Assembly: GCF_039654945.1 (NCBI RefSeq)
Contig: NW_027361810.1
Coordinates: 3,162,001 to 3,226,000 of the forward strand
Length of the DNA: 64,000 nt
Direction of reading: 5' to 3'
Source of the DNA: Dendrobates tinctorius
Taxonomy: Eukaryota
This document shows, piece by piece, positions 25,401-38,793 of the stretch. The notes under the pieces are model-generated. The model was not told where the DNA came from. It searched no databases and worked only from the letters and a program-made list of their open reading frames with translations. How positions within the stretch are numbered: position 1 is the stretch's first letter; the number at the start of each line of letters is the position of its first letter. The translations under genes were made by a program, and so were the position numbers.

Positions 25401-28400
25401 CATAGTAACCATACTAGTGATAATACTAGTGAGAACAGTAACCATAGTAACCATACTAGTGATAATACTAGTGAGAACAGTAACCATAGTAACCATACTA
25501 GTGATAATAATACTAGTGATAACGGTAACCATAGTAACCATACTAGTGATAATAATACTAGTAAGAACAGTAACCATAGTAACCATACTAGTGATAATAA
25601 TACTAGTAAGAACGGTAACCATAGTAACCATACTAGTGAGAACAGTAACCATAGTAACCATACAAGTGATAATAATACTAGTAAGAACGGTAACCATAGT
25701 AACCGTACTAGTGATCATAATCCTAGTGATAACAGTAACCATACTAGTGATAATAATACTAGTGAGAACAGTAACCATAGTAACCATACTAGTGATAATA
25801 ATACTAGTGATAACAGTAACCATAGTAACCATACTAGTGATAATACTAGTGAGAACAGTAACCATAGTAACCATACTAGTGATAATAATACTAGTGAGAA
25901 CAGTAACCATAGTAACCATACTAGTGATAATAATACTAGTGAGAACAGTAACCATAGTAACCATGCTAGTGATAATACTAGTGAGAACGGTAACCATAGT
26001 AACCATACTAGTGATAATAATACTAGTGAGAACAGTAACCATAGTAACCATACTAGTGATAATAATACTAGTGAGAACAGTAACCATAGTAACCATACTA
26101 GTGATAATAATACTAGTGAGAACAGTAACCATACTAGTGATAATACTAGTGAGAACAGTAACCATAGTAACCATACTAGTGATAATACTAGTGAGAACAG
26201 TAACAATAGTAACCATACTAGTGATAATACTAGTGAGAACAGTAACCATAGTAACCATACTAGTGATAATACTAGTGAGAACAGTAACCATAGTAACCAT
26301 ACTAGTGATAATACTAGTGAGAACGGTAACCATAGTAACCATACTAGTGATAATAATACTAGTGATAACGGTAACCATACTAGTGATAATAATACTAGTG
26401 AGAACAGTAACCATAGTAACCATACTAGTGATAATAATACTAGTAAGAACGGTAACCATAGTAACCATACTATTGATAATACTAGTGAGAACAGTAACCA
26501 TAGTAACCATACAAGTGATAATAATACTAGTAAGAACGGTAACCATAGTAACCGTACTAGTGATCATAATCCTAGTGATAACAGTAACCATAGTAACCAT
26601 ACTAGTGATAATAATACTAGTGAGAACAGTAACCATAGTAACCATACTAGTGATAATAAAACTAGTGAGAGCAGTAACCATAGTAACCATATTAGTGATA
26701 ATAATATTGGTTATAACAATAACCATAGTAACCATACCAGTGATAATAATACTAGTGATAACAGTAACCATACTAGTGATAATAATACTAGTGATAATGG
26801 TAACCATACTAGTGATAATAATACTAGTGATAACGGTAACCATAGTAACCATACTAGTGATAATAATACTAGTGAGAACAGTATCCATAGTAACCATACT
26901 AGTGATAATAATACTAGTGAGAACAGTAACCATAGTAACCATACTAGTGATAACAGTGAGAACAGTAACCATAGTAACCATACTAGTGATAATAATACTA
27001 GTGAGAACAGTAACCATAGTAACCATACTAGTGATAATACTAGTGAGAACAGTAGCCATAGTAACCATACTAGTGATAATACTAGTGAGAATAGTAACCA
27101 TACTAGTGATAATACTAGTGAGAACGGTAACCATAGTAACCATACTAGTGATAATAATACTAGTGATAACGGTAACCATAGTAACCATACTAGTGATAAT
27201 AATACTAGTGAGAACAGTAACCATAGTAACCATACTAGTGATAATAATACTAGTAAGAACGGTAACCATAGTAACCATACTAGTGAGAACAGTAACCATA
27301 GTAACCATACTAGTGATAATAATACTAGTGAGAACGGTAACCATAGTAACCATACTAGTGATAATAATACTAGTGAGAACAGTAACCATAGTAACCATAC
27401 TAGTGATAATAATACTAGTGAGAACAGTAACCATAGTAACCATACTAGTGATAATAATACTAGTGATAACGGTAACCATAGTAACCATACTAGTGATAAT
27501 AATACTAGTGAGAAAGGTAACCATAGTAACCATACTAGTGATAATAATACTAGTGAGAACAGTAACCATAGTAACCATACTAGTGATAATAATACTAGTG
27601 AGAACGGTAACCATAGTAACCATACTAGTGATAATAATACTAGTGAGAACAGTAACCATAGTAACCATACTAGTGATAATAATACTAGTGAGAACGGTAA
27701 CCATAGTAACCATTCTAGTGATAATAATACTAGTGAGAACGGTAACCATAGTAACCATACTAGTGATAATAATACTAGTGAGAACAGTAACCATAGTAAC
27801 CATACTAGTGATAATAATACTAGTGAGAACAGTAACCATAGTAACCATACTAGTGATAATAATACTAGTGAGAACAGTAACCATAGTAACCATACTAGTG
27901 ATAATAATACTAGTGAGAACGGTAACCATAGTAACCATACTAGTGATAATAATACTAGTGAGAACAGTAACCATAGTAACCATACTAGTGATAATAGTGA
28001 GAACAGTAACCATAGTAACCATACTAGTGATAATAATACTAGTGAGAACAGTAACCATAGTAACCATACTAGTGATAATACTAGTGAGAACAGTAGCCAT
28101 AGTAACCATACTAGTGATAATACTAGTGAGAACAGTAACCATAGTAACCATACTAGTGATAATACTAGTGAGAACGGTAACCATAGTAACCATACTAGTG
28201 ATAATAATACTAGTGATAACGGTAACCATAGTAACCATACTAGTGATAATACTAGTGAGAACAGAAACCATAGTAACCATACTAGTGATAATAATACTAG
28301 TAAGAACGGTAACCATAGTAACCATACTACTGAGAACAGTAACCATAGTAACCATACAAGTGATAATAATTCTAGTAAGAACGGTAACCATAGTAACCGT

Positions 28401-31400
28401 ACTAGTGATCATAATCCTAGTGAGAACAGTAACCATAGTAACCATACTAGTGATAATACTAGTGGGAACAGTAACCATAGTAACCATACTAGTGATAATA
28501 CTAGTGAGAACGGTAACCATAGTAACCATACTAGTGATAATACTAGTGAGAACGGTAACCATACTAGTGATAATAATTCTAGTGAGAACGGTAACCATAC
28601 TAGTGATAATAATACTAGTAAGAACGGTAACCATAGTAACCATACTAGTGAGAACAGTAACCATAGTAACCATACAAGTGATAATAATACTAGTAAGAAC
28701 GGTAACCATAGTAACCGTACTAGTGATCATAATCCTAGTGATAACAGTAACCATAGTAACCATACTAGTGATAATAATACTAGTGAGAACAGTAACCATA
28801 GTAACCATACTAGTGATAATAATACTAGTGATAACAGTAACCATACTAGTGATAATACTAGTGAGAACAGTAACCATAGTAACCATGCTAGTGATAATAA
28901 TACTAGTGAGAACAGTAACCATAGTAACCATGCTAGTGATAATAATACTAGTGAGAACGGTAACCATAGTAACCATACTAGTGATAATAATACTAGTGCT
29001 AACGGTAACCATAGTAACCATACTAGTGATAATAATACTAGTGAGAACAGTAACCATAGTAACCATACTAGTGATAATACTAGTGAGAACAGTAACCATA
29101 CTAGTGATAATACTAGTGAGAACAGTAACCATAGTAACCATACTAGTGATAATACTAGTGAGAACAGTAACCATAGTAACCATACTAGTGATAATACTAG
29201 TGAGAACGGTAACCATAGTAACCATACTAGTGATAATAATACTAGTGATAACGGTAACCATACTAGTGATAATAATACTAGTGAGAACAGTAACCATAGT
29301 AACCATACTAGTGATAATAATACTAGTAAGAACGGTAACCATAGTAACCATACTAGTGATAATACTAGTGAGAACAGTAACCATAGTAACCATACAAGTG
29401 ATAATAATACTAGTAAGAATGGTAACCATAGTAACCGTACTAGTGATCATAATCCTAGTGATAACAGTAACCATAGTAACCATACTAGTGATAATAATAC
29501 TAGTGAGAACAGTAACCATAGTAACCATACTAGTGATAATAAAACTAGTGAGAGCAGTAACCATATTAGTGATAATAATACTGGTTATAACAGTAACCAT
29601 AGAAACCATACTAGTGATAATAATACTAGTGATAACAGTAACCATACTAGTGATAATAATACTAGTGATAATGGTAACCATAGTAACCATACTAGTGATA
29701 ATAATACTAGTGATAACGGTAACCATAGTAACCGTACTAGTGATAATAATACTAGTGAGAATAGTAACCATAGTAACCATGCTAGTGATAATAATACTAG
29801 TGAGAACAGGAACCATAGTAACCATACTAGTGATAATACTAGTGATAACGGTAACCATAGCAACCATACTAGTGATAATAATACTAGTGAGAACAAGAAC
29901 CATAGTAACCATACTAGTGATAATAATACTAGTGATAACAGTAACCATACTAGTGATAATAATACTAGTGATAAAGGTAACCATAGTAACCATACTAGTG
30001 ATAATACTAGTGAGAACAGTAACCATAGTAACCATACTAGTGATAATACTAGTGAGAACAGTAACCATAGTAACCATACTAGTGATAATAATACTAGTGA
30101 TAACAGTAACCATACTAGTGATAATAATACTAGTGAGAACAGGAACCATAGTAACCATACTAGTGATAATAATACTAGTGATAACAGTAACCATACTAGT
30201 GATAATAATACTAGTGATAACGGTAACCATAGTAACCATACTAGTGATAATAATACTAGTGAGAATAGTAACCATAGTAACCATGCTAGTGATAATACTA
30301 GTGATAACTGTAACCATAGTAACCATACTAGTGAAAATACTAGTGAGAACAGGAACCATAGTAACCATACTAGTGATAACAGTAACTATAATAGTGATAA
30401 TAATACTAGTGATAACGGTAACCATAGTAACCATACTAGTGATAATAATACTAGTGAGAACAGTAACCATAGTAACCATACTAGTGATAATAATACTAGT
30501 GAGAACGGTAACCATAGTAACCATACTAGTGATAATAATAGTGATAACAGTAACCATACTAGTGATAATACTAGTGATAACGGTAACCATAGTAACCATA
30601 CTAGTGATAATAATACTAGTGAGAACAGTAACCATAGTAACCATACTAGTGACAATAATATTAGTGAGAATAGTAACCATAGTAGCCATGCTAGTGATAA
30701 TACTAGTGATAACTGTAACCATAGTAACCATACTAGTGATAATACTAGTGAGAACAGTAACCATAGTAACCATACTAGTGATAATACTAGTGAGAACAGG
30801 AACCATAGTAACCATTCTAGTGATAACAGTAACCATACTAGTGATAATAATACTAGTGAGAACGGTAACCATACTAGTGATAATAATACTAGTGAGAACA
30901 GGAACCATAGTAACCATACTAGTGATAATAATAGTGATAACAGTAACCATACTAGTGATAATACTCAGTGATAACGGTAACCATAGTAACCATACTAGTG
31001 ATAATAATACTAGTGAGAACAGGAACCATAGTAACCGTACTAGTGATAACAGTAACCATACTAGTGATAATAATACTAGTGAGAACAGTAACCATAGTAA
31101 CCATACTAGTGATAATAATACTAGTGATAACTGTAACCATACTAGTGATAATAATACTAGTGATAACGGTAACCATAGTATCCATACTAATGATAATAAT
31201 TCTAGTGAGAACAGGAACCATAGTAACCGTACTAGTGATAACAGTAACCATACTAGTGATAACGGTCAGGGCTGTGGAGTCGGAGTCGTGGAGTCGGAGT
31301 CGGAGTCGGTGCTCATTTTGGTGGAGTCGGAGTCGGAGTTGGAGTTGGTATAAAATGGACCGACTCCGACTCCTAAAATATATAATAAATTGGGTACAGT

Positions 31401-32497
31401 AATTCAATGCAGAATGTGCTGAATATTTTTTCATAGGAATTTGGGAAAGTTATGAAATGTCCTATAAATGACTGTTCTATTCCTGATCTAAGGCTACATT
31501 CACACACAGCGTTTTTCCTGTGTTTTTTGAGGATACGTTTTTCAGCTGCAAAAGCTGATCATCTTTTTAAAAAACCGCATCACCTGAAAGGTTTTTGAGC
31601 TCATAGATAATGTTTTCAATAGCAAAAGCAGATTAGAAATCTGCTCTATCTATCCATTTATCCATATCTGTCTATCCATATCGTATCTGTACCAAAAAGA
31701 ATGAAAACCGGGTAGTACACCAATATATATTCTGTTCTATCTAAATATCTTGATTATGGGATCATAAAAATGATTAAATGTCTGAGGTTCACATTGTACT
31801 ACAGTAAATTTTTCACTTAAATATAAGCAATATGTGTGGGAGTCGGAGTCGTGGAGTCGGAGTTGGAGTCGGAGTTGGTGTAAGAGAAATTGAGGAGTCG
31901 GAGTCGGAGTCGGAGTTGCAGGTTTGGCTTACCGACTCCACAGCCCTGATAACGGTAACCATAGTAACCATACTAGTGATAATACTAGTGAGAACAGTAA
32001 CCATAGTAACCATACTAGTGATAATAATACTAGTGAGAACAGTAACCATAGTAACCATACTAGTGATAACAGTAACCATACTAGTGTTAATAATACTAGT
32101 GATAACGGTAACCATAGTAACCATACTAGTGATAATAATACTAGTGAGAACAGTAACCATAGTAACCATACTAGTGATAATAATACTAGTGATAACGGTA
32201 ACCATAGTAACCATGCTAGTGATAGTAATACTAGTGATAACGGTAACCATAGTAACCATGCTAGCGATAATATTACTAGTGAGAACGGTAACCATAGTAA
32301 CCATACTAGTGATAATAATACTAGTGAGAACAGTAACCATAGTAACCATACTAGTGATAATAATACTAGTGATAACAGTAACCATAGTAACCATACTAGT
32401 GATAATAATACTAGTGAGAACAGTAACCATAGTAACCATGCTAGTGATAATAATACTAGTGATAACAGTAACCATAGTAACCGTACTAGTGATAATA
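16401..32497. repeat. ~16-kb satellite array of a 45-bp unit (aacagtaaccatagtaaccatactagtgataataatactagtgag)n
   Basis: Several hundred units; homogeneous at 16.4-20.9 kb and more variable to the right; interrupted by a hAT MITE at 31267-31948; ends at the TA of a Tc1 at 32496-32497. Confidence 0.98.
31267..31948. mobile_element. Non-autonomous hAT element (682 bp) inserted in the satellite
   Basis: Perfect 17-bp TIRs CAGGGCTGTGGAGTCGG / CCGACTCCACAGCCCTG, perfect 8-bp TSD ATAACGGT, subterminal (GGAGTC)n arrays. Confidence 0.93.
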
Positions 32498-33867
32498 CAG
32501 TTGTGCTCAAAAGATTACATATCTCGGCAGAATTTTTACCTTTTTGGCCTTTTTCCAGAGAATATGAATGATAACACCAAAACTTTTTCTCCACTCATGG
32601 TTGGTGGTTGGGTGAAGCCATTTATTGTCAGACTACTAGTGTTTTCTTTTTTTAAATCATAATGACAACCCAAAACATCCAAATGACCCCGATCAACAGT
32701 TCACACACCCCATTTCTTAAAGGGAATCTGTCACCCTATCAGCTGCCGGCACCGCCATCAGGGGCTTATCTACAGCATTCTATAATGCATTCTGTAATGC
32801 TGTAGATAAGCCCCCGATGTAACCTGAAAGATAAGAAAAAAGAGTTAGATTATACTCACCGGGGGACGTGGTCCGGTCCGGCTCCTCCCTTCTTCTAACG
32901 GTGACGTTCTCTTCTTTCCTTCCTGTTGTGGCTCTGACGCAGGCGTACTTTATCTGCCCTGTTGAAGACAGAGCAGATTACTGCAGTGCGCAGGCGCCGG
33001 ACCTCTCTGACCTTTCCCGCGCCTGCGCACTGCAGTACTCTGCTCTGTCTTCAACAGGGCAGATAACGAACGCCTGCGCCAGAGCCAAGGGAGAAGTAAG
33101 GAGGAGGACGTCATCGCTAGGAGATGGGAGGTGCCGGACCGGACCGCGACACTCACCGCACCCGACCGCGCCCCCTGGTGAGTATAATATAACTCGTTTT
33201 TCTTATTTTTCAGGTTACATCAGGGGCTTATCTACAGCATTACAGAATGCATTACAGAATGCTGTAGATAAGCCCCTGATGGTGGTGGCCACATCTTATA
33301 TGTGAAAAAATAGGTGACAAATTCCCTTTAATACCGTGTATTGCCCCCCTAACATCAATGACAGCTTGAAGTCTTTTTTGGTAGCTGTGGATGAGGTTCT
33401 TTATTTTCTCAGATGGTAAAGCTGCCCACTCTTCTTGGCAAAAAGCCTCCAGTTCCTGTAAATTCCTGGGCTGTTTAGCATGAACTGCGCGCTTGAGATC
33501 TCCCCAGAGTGGCTCAGTGATATTGAGGTAAGGAGACTGAGATGGCCACTCCAGAACCTTCACTTTGTTCTGCTGTAGCCAATAACAGGACGACTTGGCC
33601 TTGTGTTTTGGATTGTTGTCATGTTGGAACATCAAGTAAGTCCAATGTGCAGCTGTATTTGCCGATAACGTGCTGCATTCATCTTTCCTTCAACTTTACC
33701 AAGTTTTCTGTGCCTTTGTAGCTCACACATCCCCAAAACATCAGCAATCCACCTCCGTGCTTTACAGTAGGAATGGTGTTCCTTACATCATAGGCTTTGT
33801 TGATCTCTCTCCAAATGTAACGTTTATGGTTGTGGCCAAAAAGTTCAATTTTGGTCTCATCACTCCA
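32498..33867 (-). mobile_element. Truncated Tc1 transposon (one TIR plus C-terminal transposase)
   Basis: ta|cagttgtgctcaaaag TIR; minus-strand WSDETKIE (~33845-33867), FQHDNNPKH..WPSQSPYLNITEPLW..; broken off at 33867 by the 19-bp satellite. Confidence 0.85.
32721..33327. mobile_element. T2/Kolobok-type MITE nested in the Tc1
   Basis: TTAA|agggaatctgtcacc .. ggtgacaaattccct|TTAA; long internal inverted repeats (ggggcttatctacagcatt.. on both arms). Confidence 0.88.
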
Positions 33868-34673
33868 GGCAGGGTATACAACCGCAGTCAGGGTAGCTGA
33901 CCACAGTCAGGATAGCTGACCACAGGCAGGATAGCCAACCACAGGCAGGATAGCTGTCCACAGTCAGGGTAACTGGTCAGAGTCAGAGTAGCTGACCACA
34001 GGCATGGTAACTGACCAAGGCAGGATAGCCGACCACAGGCAGGGTAACCGACCACAGGCAGGATAACCTACCACAGGCTGGGGAGCTGACCACAAGCAGG
34101 ATAGCCGGCCACTGTCAGGGTAGCCGACCACAGTCAGGCTAGTCAACCGCAGGCAGGCTATACGACCGCAGGCAGGGTAGCCGACCACAGGCAGGATAGC
34201 TGTCCACAGTCAGGGTAGCTGACCACAGGCAGGATAGCTGTCCACAGTCAGGGTAACTGATCACAGTCAGGGTAGCATAGCCGACTGCAGGCAAGATAGC
34301 CGACTGCAGGCAGGATACCCGACCACAGGCAGGGTAATCGACCACAGGCAGGGTAGACCACAGGCAGGGTAGACGACCACAGGCAGGGTAACCGACCACA
34401 GGCAGGATAGCCGACCACAGGCTTGGTAGCTGACCCCAGACAGGATAGCCGACCCCAGGCAAAATAGCCAGTCACCTCACGGTAGCCGACCACAGACAGG
34501 CTAGACGACCGCAGGCAGGGTAGCCGACCGCAGGCAGGATAGCTGTCCACAGTCGGTAGCTGACAAGCAGGGTAGAAGACCACAGGCAGGATAGCTGTCC
34601 ACAGTCAGGGTAGCTGACCACAGGCAGGGTAGCTGTCCACAGTCAGGTTAGCTGACCACAGGCAGGGTAGACG
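33868..34673. repeat. 19-bp satellite (gaccacaggcaggatagcc)n, left part
   Basis: Tandem 19-bp period. Confidence 0.92.
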
Positions 34674-37501
34674 CATTATACTAATGCACAAAGCATGGGC
34701 AACAAACAAGGAGAATTGGAACTACTAACACAGGAAAAGAAATATGATGTCATTGGAATCACTGAAACTTGGTGGGACGATACACATGATTGGAATACAA
34801 GACTAGAAGGATGCAACTTATTTGCAAGAAACAGACTTGATAAACGAGGAGGAGGTGTTGCATTGTATGTGAGAAACGCGTATATCTGCACAGAGATCCA
34901 AGCTTCAGAGACCGGGAGTTCTGTGGAAACTGTTTGGGTAAGAATACAAGGACAGAACAATGGAAAGGACACCATTGTAGGCATTTACTACAGGCCGCCT
35001 GTGCAAGCTGAAGATATGGATGAACTCTTTATGCATCAAATGGCCAAGTTCTCCAAAAAATATGACATAGTTGTCATGGGAGATTTCAACTATCCAGACA
35101 TTTGTTGGGAATCTCTCTCAGGCAAAACTAACAGGTCAAGGAAATTCTTATCATCTCTTGCTGACAACTTTATCTTCCAAAAGGTAGGGGAGAAAAAAAG
35201 GGGAACTGCTACCTTGGACCTAATCCTTATAAACAGGGAGGAAATGGTTGAGGAGGTAAAAGTGGCTGGGTCCCTAAGAGGTAGCGACCATGCTATTTTA
35301 GAATTTTGGATAACTAGAGGAGGAAGACCTGTGAAGACTCAGACGTCAAGGTTAGATTTCAGAAAGGCAGATTTTAAGGGATTCAGAAAGAGAATTGGAG
35401 GGATCCAATGGCTGGATATCCTTAAAGACAAAAATGTCCAGGAAGGATGAGAAATCTTGAAAAATGAAATTCTCAAAGCACAATTGTTAACAATTCCGAA
35501 AAGAGGGAAGAATAGGAAGCATTTAAGGAAACCAGGATGGATGAACACAGAACTTAAGCACATGCTAAAAAGGAAGAAAAAAATGTTTATAAAATGGAAA
35601 GAGGGAGGCATATCTAAAGAAGAATATAATGCTGTCTGCAGAACCTGCAGGGCACAAATCAGATTAGCTAAAGCTGACAATGAATTGAGGCTTGCAAGAG
35701 ATGTCAAAAGCAATAATAAAGGATTTTGGGGATATGTCAAAAGTAAAAGAAAAGTCAAAGATGCTATAGGATTTTTACAGGATGAAAATGATGAAATGGT
35801 AAGACAGGATGTTGAGAAGGCCGAACTTTTAAATTCCTATTTTGCATCTGTTTTCTCTCAGAAAGGAAATGTAACATCAACTGTTCTTCACTGTCCTATT
35901 AACAGAATAGAAGAATCCAGGATATCTATAAACAGAAAGATAGTGAGGAAACACTTAGCTAACCTAAATGAATTCAAGTCTCCAGGTCCAGATGAATTAC
36001 ACCCCAGAGTGCTGAAGGAGATAGCAGAAGAAATTTTTGAACCCGTCTCCATAATCTTTGAAAATTCTTGGAGAACAGGAGAAGTCCCAGAAGACTGGAG
36101 AAGAGCAAATGTTGTTCCTATCTTCAAAAAGGGGAAGAAGGTGGACCCAGGCAACTATAGGCCGGTGAGTCTGACTTCTATACCAGGAAAGATCTTTGAA
36201 CAAATTATTAAACAACATGTATGTCAGTACCTGGATAAGAATGAAGTGATTAAACAGAGCCAGCATGGGTTTGTAACTAATAAGTCATGTCAGACTAACT
36301 TAATTTCCTTCTATGATGGAATCACTGATTGGGTGGATCAAGGAAATGCTGTAGATATAGTATATCTTGACTTCAGCAAAGCATTTGACAATATCTCATA
36401 CAATCCTTATTGAAAAAATGACTAAGTATGTAATGGACAAGGCAACTGTTAGGTGGATTCATAACTGGCTTAGTGATCGGACCCAAAGAGTGGTCGTAAA
36501 TGGCTGCACATCCAGTTGGAAGAATGTCTCAAGTGGGGTACCACAGGGCTCTGTCCTGGGCCCTGTATTGTTCAACATCTTTATCAACGATTTAGATGAA
36601 GGAATTGAGGGTAAACTGATTAAATTTGCTGATGACACAAAGCTAGGAGGGATAGCTAATACTAGAGAAGAGAGAGAGAGGATTCAAAAAGATATAAATA
36701 AACTGGAGCAGTGGGCAGCAACTAACAGATTGGTTTTTAACAGTGAAAAATGCAAAGTACTACATCTGGGCAATAAAAATGTAAAAAGCATATACAGAAT
36801 GGGAGGAATAGGGCTAAGCAACAGCACATGTGAAAAAGACTTGGGTATACTTATAGATCACAGACTGAATATGAGTCAACAGTGTGATGCAGCAGCAAAA
36901 AAGGCAAATGCAATTCTAGGATGTATTAACAGAAGCATACAGTCTAGATCACGTGAAGTCATTATTTCCCTCTACTCCTCTTTGGTCAGACCTCATCTGG
37001 AATATTGTGTCCAGTTTTGGGCACCACATTTTAAAAAAGACATCAACAAACTGGAGCAAGTTCAGAAAAGAGCGACCAGAATGGTGACCGGTCTGCAAAC
37101 CCTGTCTTATGAGGAAAGGTTGCAGGATTTGGGAATGTTTAGTTTGCAAAAGAGAAGACTGAGAGGAGACTTAATAGCTGTCTACAAGTATCTAAAGGGC
37201 TTGTCACATTGTAGAAGGATCAACTTTATTCTCATTTGCACAAGGAAAGACTAGAAGCAATGGGATGAAACTGAATGGGAGGAGACACAGATTAGATATT
37301 AGAAAAAACTTTTTGACAGTTAGAGTGATCAATGAGTGGAACAGGCTGCCACGAGAAGTGATGAGTTCTCCTTCAATGGAAGTCTTCAAACAGAGGCTGG
37401 ACAGACATCTGACTGGGATGATTTAGCGAATCCTGCTTTGAGCAGGGGGTTGGACCAGATGGCCCAGGAGGTCCCTTCCAACTCTACGATTCTATGATTC
37501 T
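34674..37501 (+). mobile_element. CR1 LINE, 5'-truncated at the start of ORF2 (APE endonuclease + reverse transcriptase), inactivated
   Basis: YTNAQSMGNKQGEL, GITETWW, MGDFNYPDI, SDH; YRPVSLTS, QHGF, YLDFSKAFD, GVPQGSVLGP, FADD; 3' (attctatg) tail; stop at 35448-35450 and frameshifts near 36400 and 37200. Confidence 0.96.
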
Positions 37502-38793
37502 ACCACAGGCAGGATAAACGACCGCAGGCAGGCTAGACGACTGCAGGCAGGGTAGCCGACCATAGTTAGGGTAGCTGACCACAGGCAGGATAGCCGACCA
37601 CAGGCAGGGTAGCTGACCACAGGCAGGATAGCCGACCACAGGCAGGATAGCTGTCCACAGTCAGGGTAGGTGACCACAGGCAGGATAGCTGTTCCCAGTC
37701 AGGGTAACTGATCACAGTCAGGGTAGCATAGCCGACCGCAGGCAAGATAGCCGACTGCAGGCAGGATACCCGACCACAGGCAAGGTAACCGACCACAGGC
37801 AAGGTAGACCACAGGCAGGGTAGACGACCACAGGCAGGGTAACCGACCACAGGCAGGATAGCCGACCACAGGCAGGATAGCCGACCACAGGCAGGGTAGA
37901 TGACCACAGGCAGGGTAACCGACCACAGGCAGGATAGCCGACCACAGGCTTGGTAGCTGACCCCGGGCAGGATAGTCGACCCCGGGCAGGATAGCCAGTC
38001 ACCTCACGGTAGCCGACCACAGACAGGCTAGACGACCGCAGGCAGGATAGCTGTCCACAGTCAGGGTAGCTGACAAGCAGGGTAGCAGACCACAGGCAGG
38101 ATAGCCGACCACAGGCAGGATAGCCGACCACAGACTGGGTAGCCGACCACAGGCAGGGTAGCTGACCACAGGCAGGGCAGCCGACCACAGTCTGGGTAGC
38201 TGACCACAGACTGGGTAGCTGACCACAGGCAGGACAGGCGACCACAGACTGGGTAGCCGACCACAGGCAGGATAGCTGACCACAGGCAGGGTAGCTGACC
38301 ACAGGCAGGATAGCTGACCACAGGCAGGATAGCTGACCACAGGCAGGGTAGCTGACCACAGGCAGGATAGTTGACCACAGGCAGAATAGCTGTTCACAGT
38401 CAGGGTAGCCGACAACAGGTAGGTTAGCCGACCACAGAATGGGTAGCTGACCACAGGCAGGATAGCCGACCACAGGCAGGATAGCCGACCACAGGCAGGA
38501 TAGCCGACCACAGACTGGGTAGTCTACCACAGACTGGGTAGTCGACCACAGGCAGGATAGCCAACCACAGGCAGGATAGCCGACTACAGGCAGGGCAGCC
38601 GACCACAGGCAGGGTAGCCGACCACAGACTGGGTAGCTGACCACAGGCAGGGCAGCCGACCACAGACTGGGTAGCTGACCACAGGCAGGATAGCTGACCA
38701 CAGACTGGGTAGTCGACCACAGGCAGGATAGCTGTCCACAGGCAGAGTAGACAACCACAAACTGGGTAGCTGTCCACAGTAAGGATAGCTGAC
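37502..38793. repeat. 19-bp satellite, right part
   Basis: Same unit resumes in register after the CR1 tail. Confidence 0.92.

Noticed and set aside
16252-31434. 2200-2700-aa hydrophobic ORFs (ILVIIILVRTVTIVT and MVTMVTVLTSIIITS repeats)
   Set aside because: Alternative readings of the 45-bp satellite; open in several frames and on both strands because of codon composition; no unique domain.
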